A stretch of DNA of 58,851 nt from Candidatus Zambryskibacteria bacterium CG10_big_fil_rev_8_21_14_0_10_42_12. GTDB lineage: Bacteria; Patescibacteriota; Minisyncoccia; Phycocordibacterales; 1-14-0-10-42-12. The DNA lies in contig PCXL01000011.1 in assembly GCA_002787695.1 (NCBI GenBank), positions 1-58,851 of the forward strand. Reading direction: 5' to 3'. A model generated the notes under the pieces. That model worked only from the letters and a program-made list of their open reading frames with translations, had not been told where the DNA came from and made no database searches. Each line of letters begins with the position of its first letter. The stretch's first letter is position 1. A program made the position numbers and the translations under genes. Below are positions 1 through 9,239 of this stretch, piece after piece.

Positions 1-1304
<1,304 letters not shown>

Positions 1305-1390
1305 GAGATGTGTTCATTAAATTGAACTTATCCGGTCGATTGTTCACCTTTGGTGAATACAGATGTGATATATCATCTTTAAAAAATATT

Positions 1391-1478
1391 TGACTGCGGG
1401 AAAGACCGCCCCTCGTTCGGTCGCAAGATCGAGCCGGGTAAGAAGGCAAAGCGGAACAAGACACAGTAGAGAAGTCAG
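1391..1478 (+). ncRNA. Unassigned structured segment in the 16S trailer
   Basis: TGACT...AGTCA closing stem; GCGG-gaaaga-CCGC and TTCGGTC-GCAA-GATCGAG hairpins; no family recognised. Confidence 0.25.
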
Positions 1479-1492
1479 TATATGTATATTTT

Positions 1493-1530
1493 AACGCAAA
1501 TGAACCCGCCTAGGCGGGTTCATTTGCGTT
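1493..1530. terminator. Perfect 38-bp palindrome, probable terminator of the 16S transcript
   Basis: AACGCAAATGAACCCGCC-TA-GGCGGGTTCATTTGCGTT followed by T-rich sequence. Confidence 0.7.
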
Positions 1531-1595
1531 TCATGTAGTTTTATGATATAATAAAAATCAGAGAGATGTGCGCAACCCGCACAAGAGGAGGAACC

Positions 1596-1817
1596 ATGGT
1601 TGATCATGGTTTTGACATTCGCAAGCCCCGAGAATTCCGGCCAAAGTTCTGGATTTATGGAGCGGGGATTGCGGTGTTCGGATTGAGCGCTGCAAGTGAA
1701 GGCAATGATGATTGGCACTGGGCCGCGTTGGTTCTGCTGATCTGGACTGCATGCTTCCCTCTATGCTGGGGGCTAGGGCGGAGTATTGCGAACTGGTATC
1801 GCACTGGACATTGGTAA
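1596..1817 (+). CDS. Small membrane protein, 73 aa, unknown function
   Basis: ATG 1596 preceded by GAGGAGG; two hydrophobic Trp-rich segments; TGaTATAAT promoter at 1544-1552. The ORF track starts at 1566. Confidence 0.55.
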   Translation: MVDHGFDIRKPREFRPKFWIYGAGIAVFGLSAASEGNDDWHWAALVLLIWTACFPLCWGLGRSIANWYRTGHW

Positions 1818-1899
1818 GTCCTGCGATGTCGAAAATCGGCCAGGGTGCTCCCGCACACCCAGGCCGTTTTTGTTTTAAAATAGAGACAGGAGGTCCTGT

Positions 1900-2094
1900 A
1901 TGAGAGATTTTTGTTGGAGCACATCGGGAGATTGTTGGGTACCTTGGAAATTCATTATTCTTATGGTTTTTGTGGTGTTCTTTAGTTTTTACCCAGTAAT
2001 GTTCGGTGTAATTTTGTTGTGCGTGTCAGGTTCTGGTCTTTTTGTCGAAATTATATTCTTAATTTCGACAAAACGAAGTCGGTTGAACCGATAG
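1900..2094 (+). CDS. Possible small hydrophobic protein
   Basis: 64-aa ORF with upstream AGGAGG; low-complexity hydrophobic composition, could be spurious. Confidence 0.25.
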   Translation: MRDFCWSTSGDCWVPWKFIILMVFVVFFSFYPVMFGVILLCVSGSGLFVEIIFLISTKRSRLNR

Positions 2095-2195
2095 AGGGCG
2101 TACTAATGGTTACATGGTGCGCTCTTTCTTAATATCTTGTTTTTAGCCTATTTTTTTGATAGTTTAGTGAAGCTAAATTAGTTTCTCTCCAGTGT

Positions 2196-2269
2196 GCGCG
2201 ATTAGCTCAGGTGGTTAGAGCGCGTCACTGATAATGACGAGGTCCCAGGTTCGAGTCCTGGATCGCGCA
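2196..2269 (+). tRNA. tRNA-Ile(GAT)
   Basis: Acceptor GCGCGAT/ATCGCGC; anticodon arm CGTCA-CTGATAA-TGACG; T arm CCAGG-TTCGAGT-CCTGG; CCA not encoded. Confidence 0.96.
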
Positions 2270-2296
2270 CACTGAGGAGGAACGTTTTTATTTTTC

Positions 2297-3709
2297 ATGT
2301 TTACAAAACACACCAAAATTGTAGCGACGATTGGTCCTGCGACAGAAAGCAAAGAAATGCTAGAAAAACTCGTTCTTGCGGGGCTTAATGTCATGCGCCT
2401 CAATTTTTCTCATGGTGATTTTGCTGAGCATCAAGCTCGTGTTGATAACTTGCGTGCAGTCTCAAAAAAACTCGATAGACCAGTTGCAATTCTCCAAGAT
2501 CTCTCTGGTCCTAAAATTCGTATTGGTGAATTTGATACAGAGCGGGTTGACCTTGAGGCGGGAAAGAAAATTTCATTAGTAACCGGCAAAAAATTTATAG
2601 GAAACGAAACGCGCGTATGGGTAAACTATCCAACACTCCATAAAGAACTTCATAAAGGAAGTATAGTATTCGTTGATGATGGAAAGAAAAAACTAATCGT
2701 GGAATCAATCAAAAAAAACGAGATCGCTTGTAAAGTTATCGTTGGAGGAAATACAAAAGGACGTCGTGGAGTAAATCTTCCAGGTGCATACCTCAAGACT
2801 AGTTCACTTACAAAAAAAGACAGAGAGGATTTACAATTTGGTATCAAAAATGATGTAGACTTTTTCGCACTTTCTTTTGTGCGCCAAGCGAAAGATGTTG
2901 TAGAGCTCCGCGATATTTTGCAGCAAGCAAAGTCTGATGCACAGATTATTGCAAAGATTGAAACAGAAGAGGCGATAGAAAATCTAGAAGACATAATTGC
3001 AGTTGCAGACGGTATCATGATCGCGCGCGGAGACTTGGCTATTGAGGTACCAGCAGAAAAGGTTCCGCTCTATCAAAAACGAATGATTGAACTGTGTAGG
3101 CAAGCAAATAAACCAGTGATCACGGCAACACAGATGCTTGAAAGTATGATTAATTCTCCGGTACCGACTCGTGCAGAAGTGTCTGATGTGGCAAACGCTA
3201 TTTTCGACGGAACAGATGCGGTGATGCTCTCAGAAGAAACAACACTTGGTTCTTATCCGGTTGAAGCGGTGTCTGTTATGGCACGTGTTGCAAATGAAGT
3301 AGAGACACATGGGAGAGCTCATTTTAAAAACGGTCACGAAAACAAAATGCTCTATGATGAATTGGCGCAGTCAGCACTTCGTATCGCTGGGGCGGTAGAT
3401 GCAAAAGCCATCGTAGCTATTACAGAATCGGGAAGTACTGCACGAGCCCTTGCGTCCAGAAGGCCTACGCAGCCTATTATCGCAGCTACAGGAGATTTTA
3501 AGACAGAGACACGTCTTACACTTTCTTTTGGTTGTTTTCCGCTCCATACGACAGACAAGGGTTCATTTGAGTCTGTGATGAAGCAGGTATCTCTTTTTGT
3601 AAAGACAAATAAGCTAGCTAAAAGGGGTGACAATATTGTAGTTATTTTTGGTGAACCAGTTGGCAAAAAAGGAACAACAGCAAATGCGGTTTCAGTGCAA
3701 TGTATTTAA
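2297..3709 (+). CDS. pyk: Pyruvate kinase
   Basis: TKIVATIGPA, RLNFSHG, DLSGPKIR (Lys variant typical of K+-independent enzymes), ARGDL, TQMLESM, RAEVSD, DAVMLS. Confidence 0.97.
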   Translation: MFTKHTKIVATIGPATESKEMLEKLVLAGLNVMRLNFSHGDFAEHQARVDNLRAVSKKLDRPVAILQDLSGPKIRIGEFDTERVDLEAGKKISLVTGKKFIGNETRVWVNYPTLHKELHKGSIVFVDDGKKKLIVESIKKNEIACKVIVGGNTKGRRGVNLPGAYLKTSSLTKKDREDLQFGIKNDVDFFALSFVRQAKDVVELRDILQQAKSDAQIIAKIETEEAIENLEDIIAVADGIMIARGDLAIEVPAEKVPLYQKRMIELCRQANKPVITATQMLESMINSPVPTRAEVSDVANAIFDGTDAVMLSEETTLGSYPVEAVSVMARVANEVETHGRAHFKNGHENKMLYDELAQSALRIAGAVDAKAIVAITESGSTARALASRRPTQPIIAATGDFKTETRLTLSFGCFPLHTTDKGSFESVMKQVSLFVKTNKLAKRGDNIVVIFGEPVGKKGTTANAVSVQCI

Positions 3710-3730
3710 TATCAGTAATACGTGATGTTA

Positions 3731-3759
3731 TTGACAAAAATATTTTCGTGTGATAGTGT
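3731..3759 (+). promoter_or_regulatory. Sigma70-type promoter of the GC-rich ORFan
   Basis: TTGACA-17 nt-TAGTGT with extended -10 TG. Confidence 0.6.
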
Positions 3760-3820
3760 TTCTCGCTAGAAGTTCGGACCCTCTCTTGCTTGGGTCTATT
3801 TTCAATTAGAGGTATAGGCC

Positions 3821-4828
3821 ATGATGAAAGCCATCTCCGAGGCGCTCAATCGTCTCATTCAGGCGGGCACACTCCGCCTTCTCCGATCTATCTCGGGGGC
3901 TATCAAACAGTCTCCAGAGGTCACTACGGCACTTCAGTGCCAAATTGAGGTCTTGGTTTCGGTCAACGATACCAAGACGTTCCGGTGGGATCTGACCCGT
4001 CTGCTCCGTCTCCAGTTCGCCCAGCATGGCAGGTTGGTTCCGGTGGAACTCATGCAGATCGTTTCCGGCGAGAATCAAGAGCAACAGTCGACGCCACAAG
4101 TGGCGGGGAACAAGCTGGTGCCCCCCATCGAGAAGCCGCTGGCCAAGAAGAAACCGCTGGTCGACAAGGTGTTTGACAGGTGGTGCACACTGCTTGCCTC
4201 CGCGGCGGCGGGCGAACGTACGCCCTTCGAGGAGCTAAAGGAGCTCACGTGGCACTTTCTTTTCGAGGCGCCGCGTGATCTCACGAGCGAGATCTGGAGC
4301 GACTTGGTCGGAGCGATATTCTTCATTGATACGCATCGGCGGGCACTCTTCGCGTCCAAAGATGGTGCACGGAATATCTTCCGTCGGATGCCGGTCGGCA
4401 TTTTGCGGGAGGCGATCTTCGGGCAGGATGGTTTCTTGGTTCGGACCAACATCATGTTGGACGAGATCAAAAAGGATTCGGCTGACGTGCCACCGTGGGT
4501 TGTCGCCAAGACCTACTTTTTCCTGAATGCTCTCGAAGCACTCATGGAGAGGAAGGTGCTCGATGAAATGGAAACCGGTTTGGTCGAGCAGTTAATCGAT
4601 TCGCTGATCAAACAGGTGCGGATCCAAAATTTGCTCGACGAAGCCGAGCGGGTGGAAGGCATTCGCCCAAAAGCCAAAGCAGTCGGTGAACGTCGAATAG
4701 GCTGGGTCGACCCCGAGGCCGACAAACTTCGGAAGGAGGGCAAGCCGGTCAATTCGATCATGGCCGAAGCGCTTGTGGGTGTCCAGGCGGCTTTCAAGCC
4801 GAACGGCTCGCCGGCGAATCACACCTAA
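3821..4828 (+). CDS. Hypothetical protein, 335 aa, GC-rich, predicted helical
   Basis: Long ORF with own promoter and terminator; C/G-ending codons; no motif recognised. Confidence 0.8.
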   Translation: MMKAISEALNRLIQAGTLRLLRSISGAIKQSPEVTTALQCQIEVLVSVNDTKTFRWDLTRLLRLQFAQHGRLVPVELMQIVSGENQEQQSTPQVAGNKLVPPIEKPLAKKKPLVDKVFDRWCTLLASAAAGERTPFEELKELTWHFLFEAPRDLTSEIWSDLVGAIFFIDTHRRALFASKDGARNIFRRMPVGILREAIFGQDGFLVRTNIMLDEIKKDSADVPPWVVAKTYFFLNALEALMERKVLDEMETGLVEQLIDSLIKQVRIQNLLDEAERVEGIRPKAKAVGERRIGWVDPEADKLRKEGKPVNSIMAEALVGVQAAFKPNGSPANHT

Positions 4829-4844
4829 CCTAATCAGAACCACT

Positions 4845-4889
4845 GCGGTGGCGAGATGTACAAATGTACTATTCTCGCCACCGCGGTTT
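4845..4889. terminator. Bidirectional terminator between convergent genes
   Basis: GCGGTGGCGAGA (4845-4856) / TCTCGCCACCGC (4873-4884) followed by GTTTTGTTTT. Confidence 0.7.
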
Positions 4890-4893
4890 TGTT

Positions 4894-5904
4894 TTACATA
4901 ATAATATTCGGTTCAATTTCTAACATAATGTTGTATTTTTCTTTGATAGCATTTTGTATTTTTGTGACAAGAGTTGTGAGATCGTGAAAATTGCCTCCTC
5001 TATTAATCACGACTAACGCATTGTGCTCATATGTCCCAACAGGTCCAGGAAATCCTTTGAAACCAGTCTGCTCCAAAAGCCAGCCAGCAGGAATTTTATA
5101 GAGACCATCTGGTTCAATAAAATAGGGTGCCTTAGGAAACTGTTGGATAAACCGCACTCCTGCTTCTTTTGAGAGTCTCGGATTTTTGAAAAAAGAACCA
5201 CTATTTGGAATGAGTTTTGGATCGGGAAGTTTTGTTTTTCTAATTTCAATAATTGTATTTCTGATATCTGAGAGGGACGGTGTCTCGATTCCTTTTTCTG
5301 AAAGTTTTTCTGTAACTCCTTTGTAGGAGGGAATGGGCGTCTGATCGGTAGGATTCATTTTTTTGAGTGTGAGCGTAATGCTTGTGACGACAAATCTTCC
5401 GGGTATATGTTTAAACAAGCTGTCTCTGTAACCGAAAGAACAGTCTTTGTTTTGAATATCTGTAAACTCTTTTTTATCTCTATCGTAGACATGAACGTGC
5501 ACCAACACATCTCTGATCTCGCTTCCGTAGGCGCCAACATTTTGGATGGGTGTTGCGCCGACACTTCCCGGTATGGCAGAAAGCGCTTCAATGCCTTGGT
5601 AGCCGTGTCTTACTGCGTGTGCGACCAATTGGTCCCACGAAACACCTGTACCTATCTCTAAAGTAATAGTATCTGTATTCTCATGAACTGTATTGATGCC
5701 TGGGATATCAATTTTACCAATGGTTAGATCGTGATGGATATCGCTGAAAAGAGTATTGCTGCCACCGCCTAAAATAAATAATGTGTCGCCATAAGACTCA
5801 AGTAGACGTATAAGATCTTCTTTTTGTTGGATATGCTCTATCTTATTTACAGTCCCTCCTATATGCATAGTGAGATATGGACGAATTGACGCTGGGGATG
5901 ACAT
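4894..5904 (-). CDS. murB: UDP-N-acetylmuramate dehydrogenase
   Basis: LTMHIGG, LGGGSNTL, IPGSVGATPIQNVGAYG, FGYRDSLFK, NSGSFFKNP, GWLLEQ, EHNALV, LEIEP. Start uncertain (ORF track 5934; ATG 5904 preferred). Confidence 0.95.
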   Translation of the reverse strand: MSSPASIRPYLTMHIGGTVNKIEHIQQKEDLIRLLESYGDTLFILGGGSNTLFSDIHHDLTIGKIDIPGINTVHENTDTITLEIGTGVSWDQLVAHAVRHGYQGIEALSAIPGSVGATPIQNVGAYGSEIRDVLVHVHVYDRDKKEFTDIQNKDCSFGYRDSLFKHIPGRFVVTSITLTLKKMNPTDQTPIPSYKGVTEKLSEKGIETPSLSDIRNTIIEIRKTKLPDPKLIPNSGSFFKNPRLSKEAGVRFIQQFPKAPYFIEPDGLYKIPAGWLLEQTGFKGFPGPVGTYEHNALVVINRGGNFHDLTTLVTKIQNAIKEKYNIMLEIEPNIIM

Positions 5905-5959
5905 ATATATCATATATGATATATTAAATTTCATTAAAAAACTTCACCCTGCCTGTGAA

Positions 5960-6056
5960 AAACATATCTTAGTTACGAGATACTCGTCTCGACCTCATGA
6001 TAGCTTCGGCTATCCTTCGGTCTCCGACTCGATCTCTCACTGACAGATATGTGTTT
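5960..6056. repeat. Long imperfect hairpin in the murB/murA divergent spacer
   Basis: ACATATCT/AGATATGT outer stem, nested GAGAT/ATCTC and GACC/GGTC stems, apical GATAGC-TTCG-GCTATC. Confidence 0.55.
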
Positions 6057-6096
6057 CTCGGCTTGGGGACCTAACTTTTTTAATGAAATTATCCTT

Positions 6097-7608
6097 ATGA
6101 CGAATCAAGAACAAATAGCGTATTTTATTAGGTCTCTCAGGGAACAGAGGGGGCTCACACAACAAGAATTTGCAAAACGACTCGGCACTTCGCAAAGTGC
6201 AGTAGCTCGTATGGAAGCCGGAAAGCAAAATTTTACCGCCAAAGAATTATCAAAAATAAGTGATGCGCTTGAACATAAAATAATTTCTCTTGATGATTCT
6301 ATCGATTTTCGCATTACGGGTGGTAAGAAACTTTCGGGTTCAATTGAAACAAATACCTCTAAGAATGGAGCACTCGGCCTTATGTGTGCCGCACTGGTAA
6401 ACAAGGGTAAAACAACACTTCATGGTATTCCTCGTATCGAGGAGGTTAATCGGCTCATAGAAATATTTGAAAGTATAGGAATCTCTGTTATTTGGGTTGA
6501 TGAACGATCTCTTGAAATAAAACCTCCAAAGAAATTTTTATTACAAAATTTAGACGAGAAAGCTGCGAGCCGTATTCGTTCAGTACTTATGATGATAGGA
6601 CCCCTCCTGCATCATGTGGGGCACTTTACGATCCCACATGCGGGAGGTTGCAAGATGGGCAATAGAACTATTGAAGCACATAGGCACGGGCTCCAGGCGC
6701 TTGGTGCAAAGATTGTCACGAAGAGTACCCATTATGATGTTTCCGTAAAAAAAATGAAGCCAGCGGAGATCGTCATGTATGAAGCGAGCGATACCGCTAC
6801 GGAAAATATTTTGATGGCGGCCGCACTCGTTCCTGGTAAAACAGTTATTGAATTTGCACCACCAAACTATCAGGTGCAAGATGTCTGTTTCTTTTTAGAG
6901 AAACTAGGGGTAACAATTGAAGGAATCGGCAGTACGACACTCACTGTTCATGGTCTCTCTGACATTAATCAGAGTGTTGAATATACAAACAGTGAAGACC
7001 CTATTGAAGCCATGATGTTTATTTCTGCTGCGATTACAACTGGTTCAGAGCTTACGATTACTCGGGCGCCTATAGATTTTCTAAAGTTAGAGCTTTTAAA
7101 ACTTCAGAAAATGGGACTTACATACAAAATAGAAAAAGAATATTTTTCACACAATGGACGTACAAAACTGGTTGATATCATTGTGTACCCGTCAAAACTT
7201 AAGGCTGTGGGCGACAAAATCCACGCACTTCCATATCCGGGGATCAATACAGACAATCTTCCGTTTTTTGTACCGATTGCAACTCAGGCACAGGGGACAA
7301 CCATGATCCATGATTGGATGTGGGAAAATAGGGCAATTTATTTTACAGAGCTTAATCGACTTGGCGCTTCGGTTGTTCTCGCTGACCCGCATCGTGTATT
7401 TATTCAAGGGCCCACGAAACTTAAGAGCGCACAGGTTGTCTGTCCTCCTGCACTTCGTCCTGCAGTTATTATCTTGATCGGCATGCTTGCTGCAGAGGGC
7501 GTTTCGATGTTGCGCAATGTTTATTCGATCAGTCGTGGATATGAGGATATTGCAAAGCGATTAAATAGTATTGGGGCTCAAATAGAGGTGGTGCACGGAC
7601 ATATGTAA
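6097..7608 (+). CDS. murA: XRE-HTH / UDP-N-acetylglucosamine 1-carboxyvinyltransferase fusion
   Basis: N-terminal IRSLREQRGLTQQEFAKRLGTSQSAVARMEAG (XRE HTH); then SKNGAL, GGCKMGNR (catalytic Cys), PYPG, ENRAIY, LRPA, SRGYED. ATG 6097 preferred to 6049. Confidence 0.93.
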   Translation: MTNQEQIAYFIRSLREQRGLTQQEFAKRLGTSQSAVARMEAGKQNFTAKELSKISDALEHKIISLDDSIDFRITGGKKLSGSIETNTSKNGALGLMCAALVNKGKTTLHGIPRIEEVNRLIEIFESIGISVIWVDERSLEIKPPKKFLLQNLDEKAASRIRSVLMMIGPLLHHVGHFTIPHAGGCKMGNRTIEAHRHGLQALGAKIVTKSTHYDVSVKKMKPAEIVMYEASDTATENILMAAALVPGKTVIEFAPPNYQVQDVCFFLEKLGVTIEGIGSTTLTVHGLSDINQSVEYTNSEDPIEAMMFISAAITTGSELTITRAPIDFLKLELLKLQKMGLTYKIEKEYFSHNGRTKLVDIIVYPSKLKAVGDKIHALPYPGINTDNLPFFVPIATQAQGTTMIHDWMWENRAIYFTELNRLGASVVLADPHRVFIQGPTKLKSAQVVCPPALRPAVIILIGMLAAEGVSMLRNVYSISRGYEDIAKRLNSIGAQIEVVHGHM

Positions 7609-7622
7609 AAAGGAAGAGCCGG

Positions 7623-8441
7623 CTACCTTGTGTTGCCGGCCCCGTTTTGAACGAGTACAAGATTTCTCCTGTTGCTTCGTTCGGTCTTATGATCGCGATG
7701 TTGACTGTAAAGAAAGCCATCACCACAGGCAATCGTGCAGATTTTATTGCATGCTACACGATTGGTATCTCCTCCCGCTTCAGCGAAGAGTTGTCTGATG
7801 AGCGAATAGAGAGCGACGGACTTAAAGTTGTCAGTGCCCTCATACTTTGTCAGAAACCTCCTCAATTCGGGATGCGTTTTCTCTTGCAATTCATACGGCA
7901 AGTTGTGGGCACCGGCCGTAATGAAGGCCTGAAGTGTCGCAGGATCTGCTCCCAGCGCATTGATGAGATTGTCTACAACTCCTCGTGCAAGTGACAAGAG
8001 ACCGCAGTGGACAACACCGAGTCGTTTGCGGCTTGGGTCCCACACGAGTAATGTGGGACAGTCTGCTGAGCTAAGAGCGAAGGTCTGTCCTCTTTCAAGG
8101 ATGAGCCCGTCTGCCATAACTGGCGGATTGCCTCTCCACAGTCTGAATGGGTGATCTTCATGCAAACGGTATCCCTTGGTAAGCAGGGATTGGTTTGGTG
8201 TTACGAGCCCGTTAAACGTTGAGGGATTTGGAGCAAAGGCATCGGTGATGCCTCGTTCTGACGCGAGTCTCGAGAGGTGCCATAAACGTTGCGCGCAAAT
8301 TCCGGGATCACCGTGGGGACTGATCGCTTTGAAACTCCAGTCCAAATTCTCCTTATCTTGAAGGGCGCGAGGCCCAAAGAGTGAAGTGGTTACACCGCCA
8401 AAGAGTCGAAGCTCTTCGACAGGTGTGTATTGTTTGTGCAT
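7623..8441 (-). CDS. pgeF: YfiH/PgeF (laccase-domain) family protein, divergent
   Basis: ADGLIL, SADCPTLL, VHCG (HAG variant), CTIAC...YSQHR, RNL. The ORF-track TTG at 8480 coincides with the -35 box, so ATG 8441 is preferred. Confidence 0.75.
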   Translation of the reverse strand: MHKQYTPVEELRLFGGVTTSLFGPRALQDKENLDWSFKAISPHGDPGICAQRLWHLSRLASERGITDAFAPNPSTFNGLVTPNQSLLTKGYRLHEDHPFRLWRGNPPVMADGLILERGQTFALSSADCPTLLVWDPSRKRLGVVHCGLLSLARGVVDNLINALGADPATLQAFITAGAHNLPYELQEKTHPELRRFLTKYEGTDNFKSVALYSLIRQLFAEAGGDTNRVACNKICTIACGDGFLYSQHRDHKTERSNRRNLVLVQNGAGNTR

Positions 8442-8451
8442 TCCGTCAAAT

Positions 8452-8480
8452 ACGGTAATACAAATAATTAATACTGTCAA
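8452..8480 (-). promoter_or_regulatory. Sigma70-type promoter of pgeF
   Basis: TTGACA (8480-8475)-17 nt-TACCGT (8457-8452), 10 nt before ATG 8441. Confidence 0.55.
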
Positions 8481-9239
8481 TCAAAAGAGTCTTTTATCTT
8501 CTTTAAAACGATCAATATTGTCTACCACATGGTGCTCATCGTTGCGGCTTATGGTGCGCAGGTGTTTTATGTCTGTATTCCAGATATTACCGTCCCAAAA
8601 TTCAAGTGAATCAAAATTAGTTTTATACAACGCCTTGTCGCCATATACAGTACCGATGTAATAGTGTGTCTTGCCGGCTGACTGTGCTTCACGTATGCAG
8701 TCGAGCATAATCCAAAGCCCTAATGATTCATACGCATATATTAAATCGTAAAATGAGTACCAATAGTGTGACATGATTCCATCATCAATTTCTAGTGCAT
8801 AACCAACGATGTTCTGTGTATCTTTGTGCGTATAGGTGATCACAAAAATTGGGAAACCAGATGCAAGAATCGTCGAGAATCTTTCTTTAGGCATAACGTG
8901 TGGCCCGTGTCGTTTTGCAAAATATTCAATACAGAAAGAAATAAATTGATTGTTTGTATAATCAAAATCTGCAAGTGGAGTTTTGGAGCGTACAAGTTGT
9001 CCATCAAATTTTTTGGCGACACGCCGATTTTCACTATTTGGCGAAAATTTTTCTAAATTAACTCGTGCACTCCTCGCCATATAAAGTGTTTGTTTGATAT
9101 CAGAAGATCCGGTGTATGGTAAAAAACCTTGTTGGTATATATCTGACAAATTATCTCCATCTTCATAGATTGCATAATCACAGTAACCAAATGAGTATGA
9201 TGTATATGAATGAACAAATTCACTTTTAAAAATCTTCAT
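8481..9239 (-). CDS. Arginyl-tRNA-protein transferase / Bpt-like (ATE_N + ATE_C, GNAT fold) protein
   Basis: YSFYD...SLGLWIML..I..A...G...YYIG.......YK..F..LE matches the ATE_C/Bpt pattern; QQGF...RV....F.P...NRR..KK matches ATE_N. ATG 9239 overlaps the upstream ligase end. Confidence 0.7.
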   Translation of the reverse strand: MKIFKSEFVHSYTSYSFGYCDYAIYEDGDNLSDIYQQGFLPYTGSSDIKQTLYMARSARVNLEKFSPNSENRRVAKKFDGQLVRSKTPLADFDYTNNQFISFCIEYFAKRHGPHVMPKERFSTILASGFPIFVITYTHKDTQNIVGYALEIDDGIMSHYWYSFYDLIYAYESLGLWIMLDCIREAQSAGKTHYYIGTVYGDKALYKTNFDSLEFWDGNIWNTDIKHLRTISRNDEHHVVDNIDRFKEDKRLF

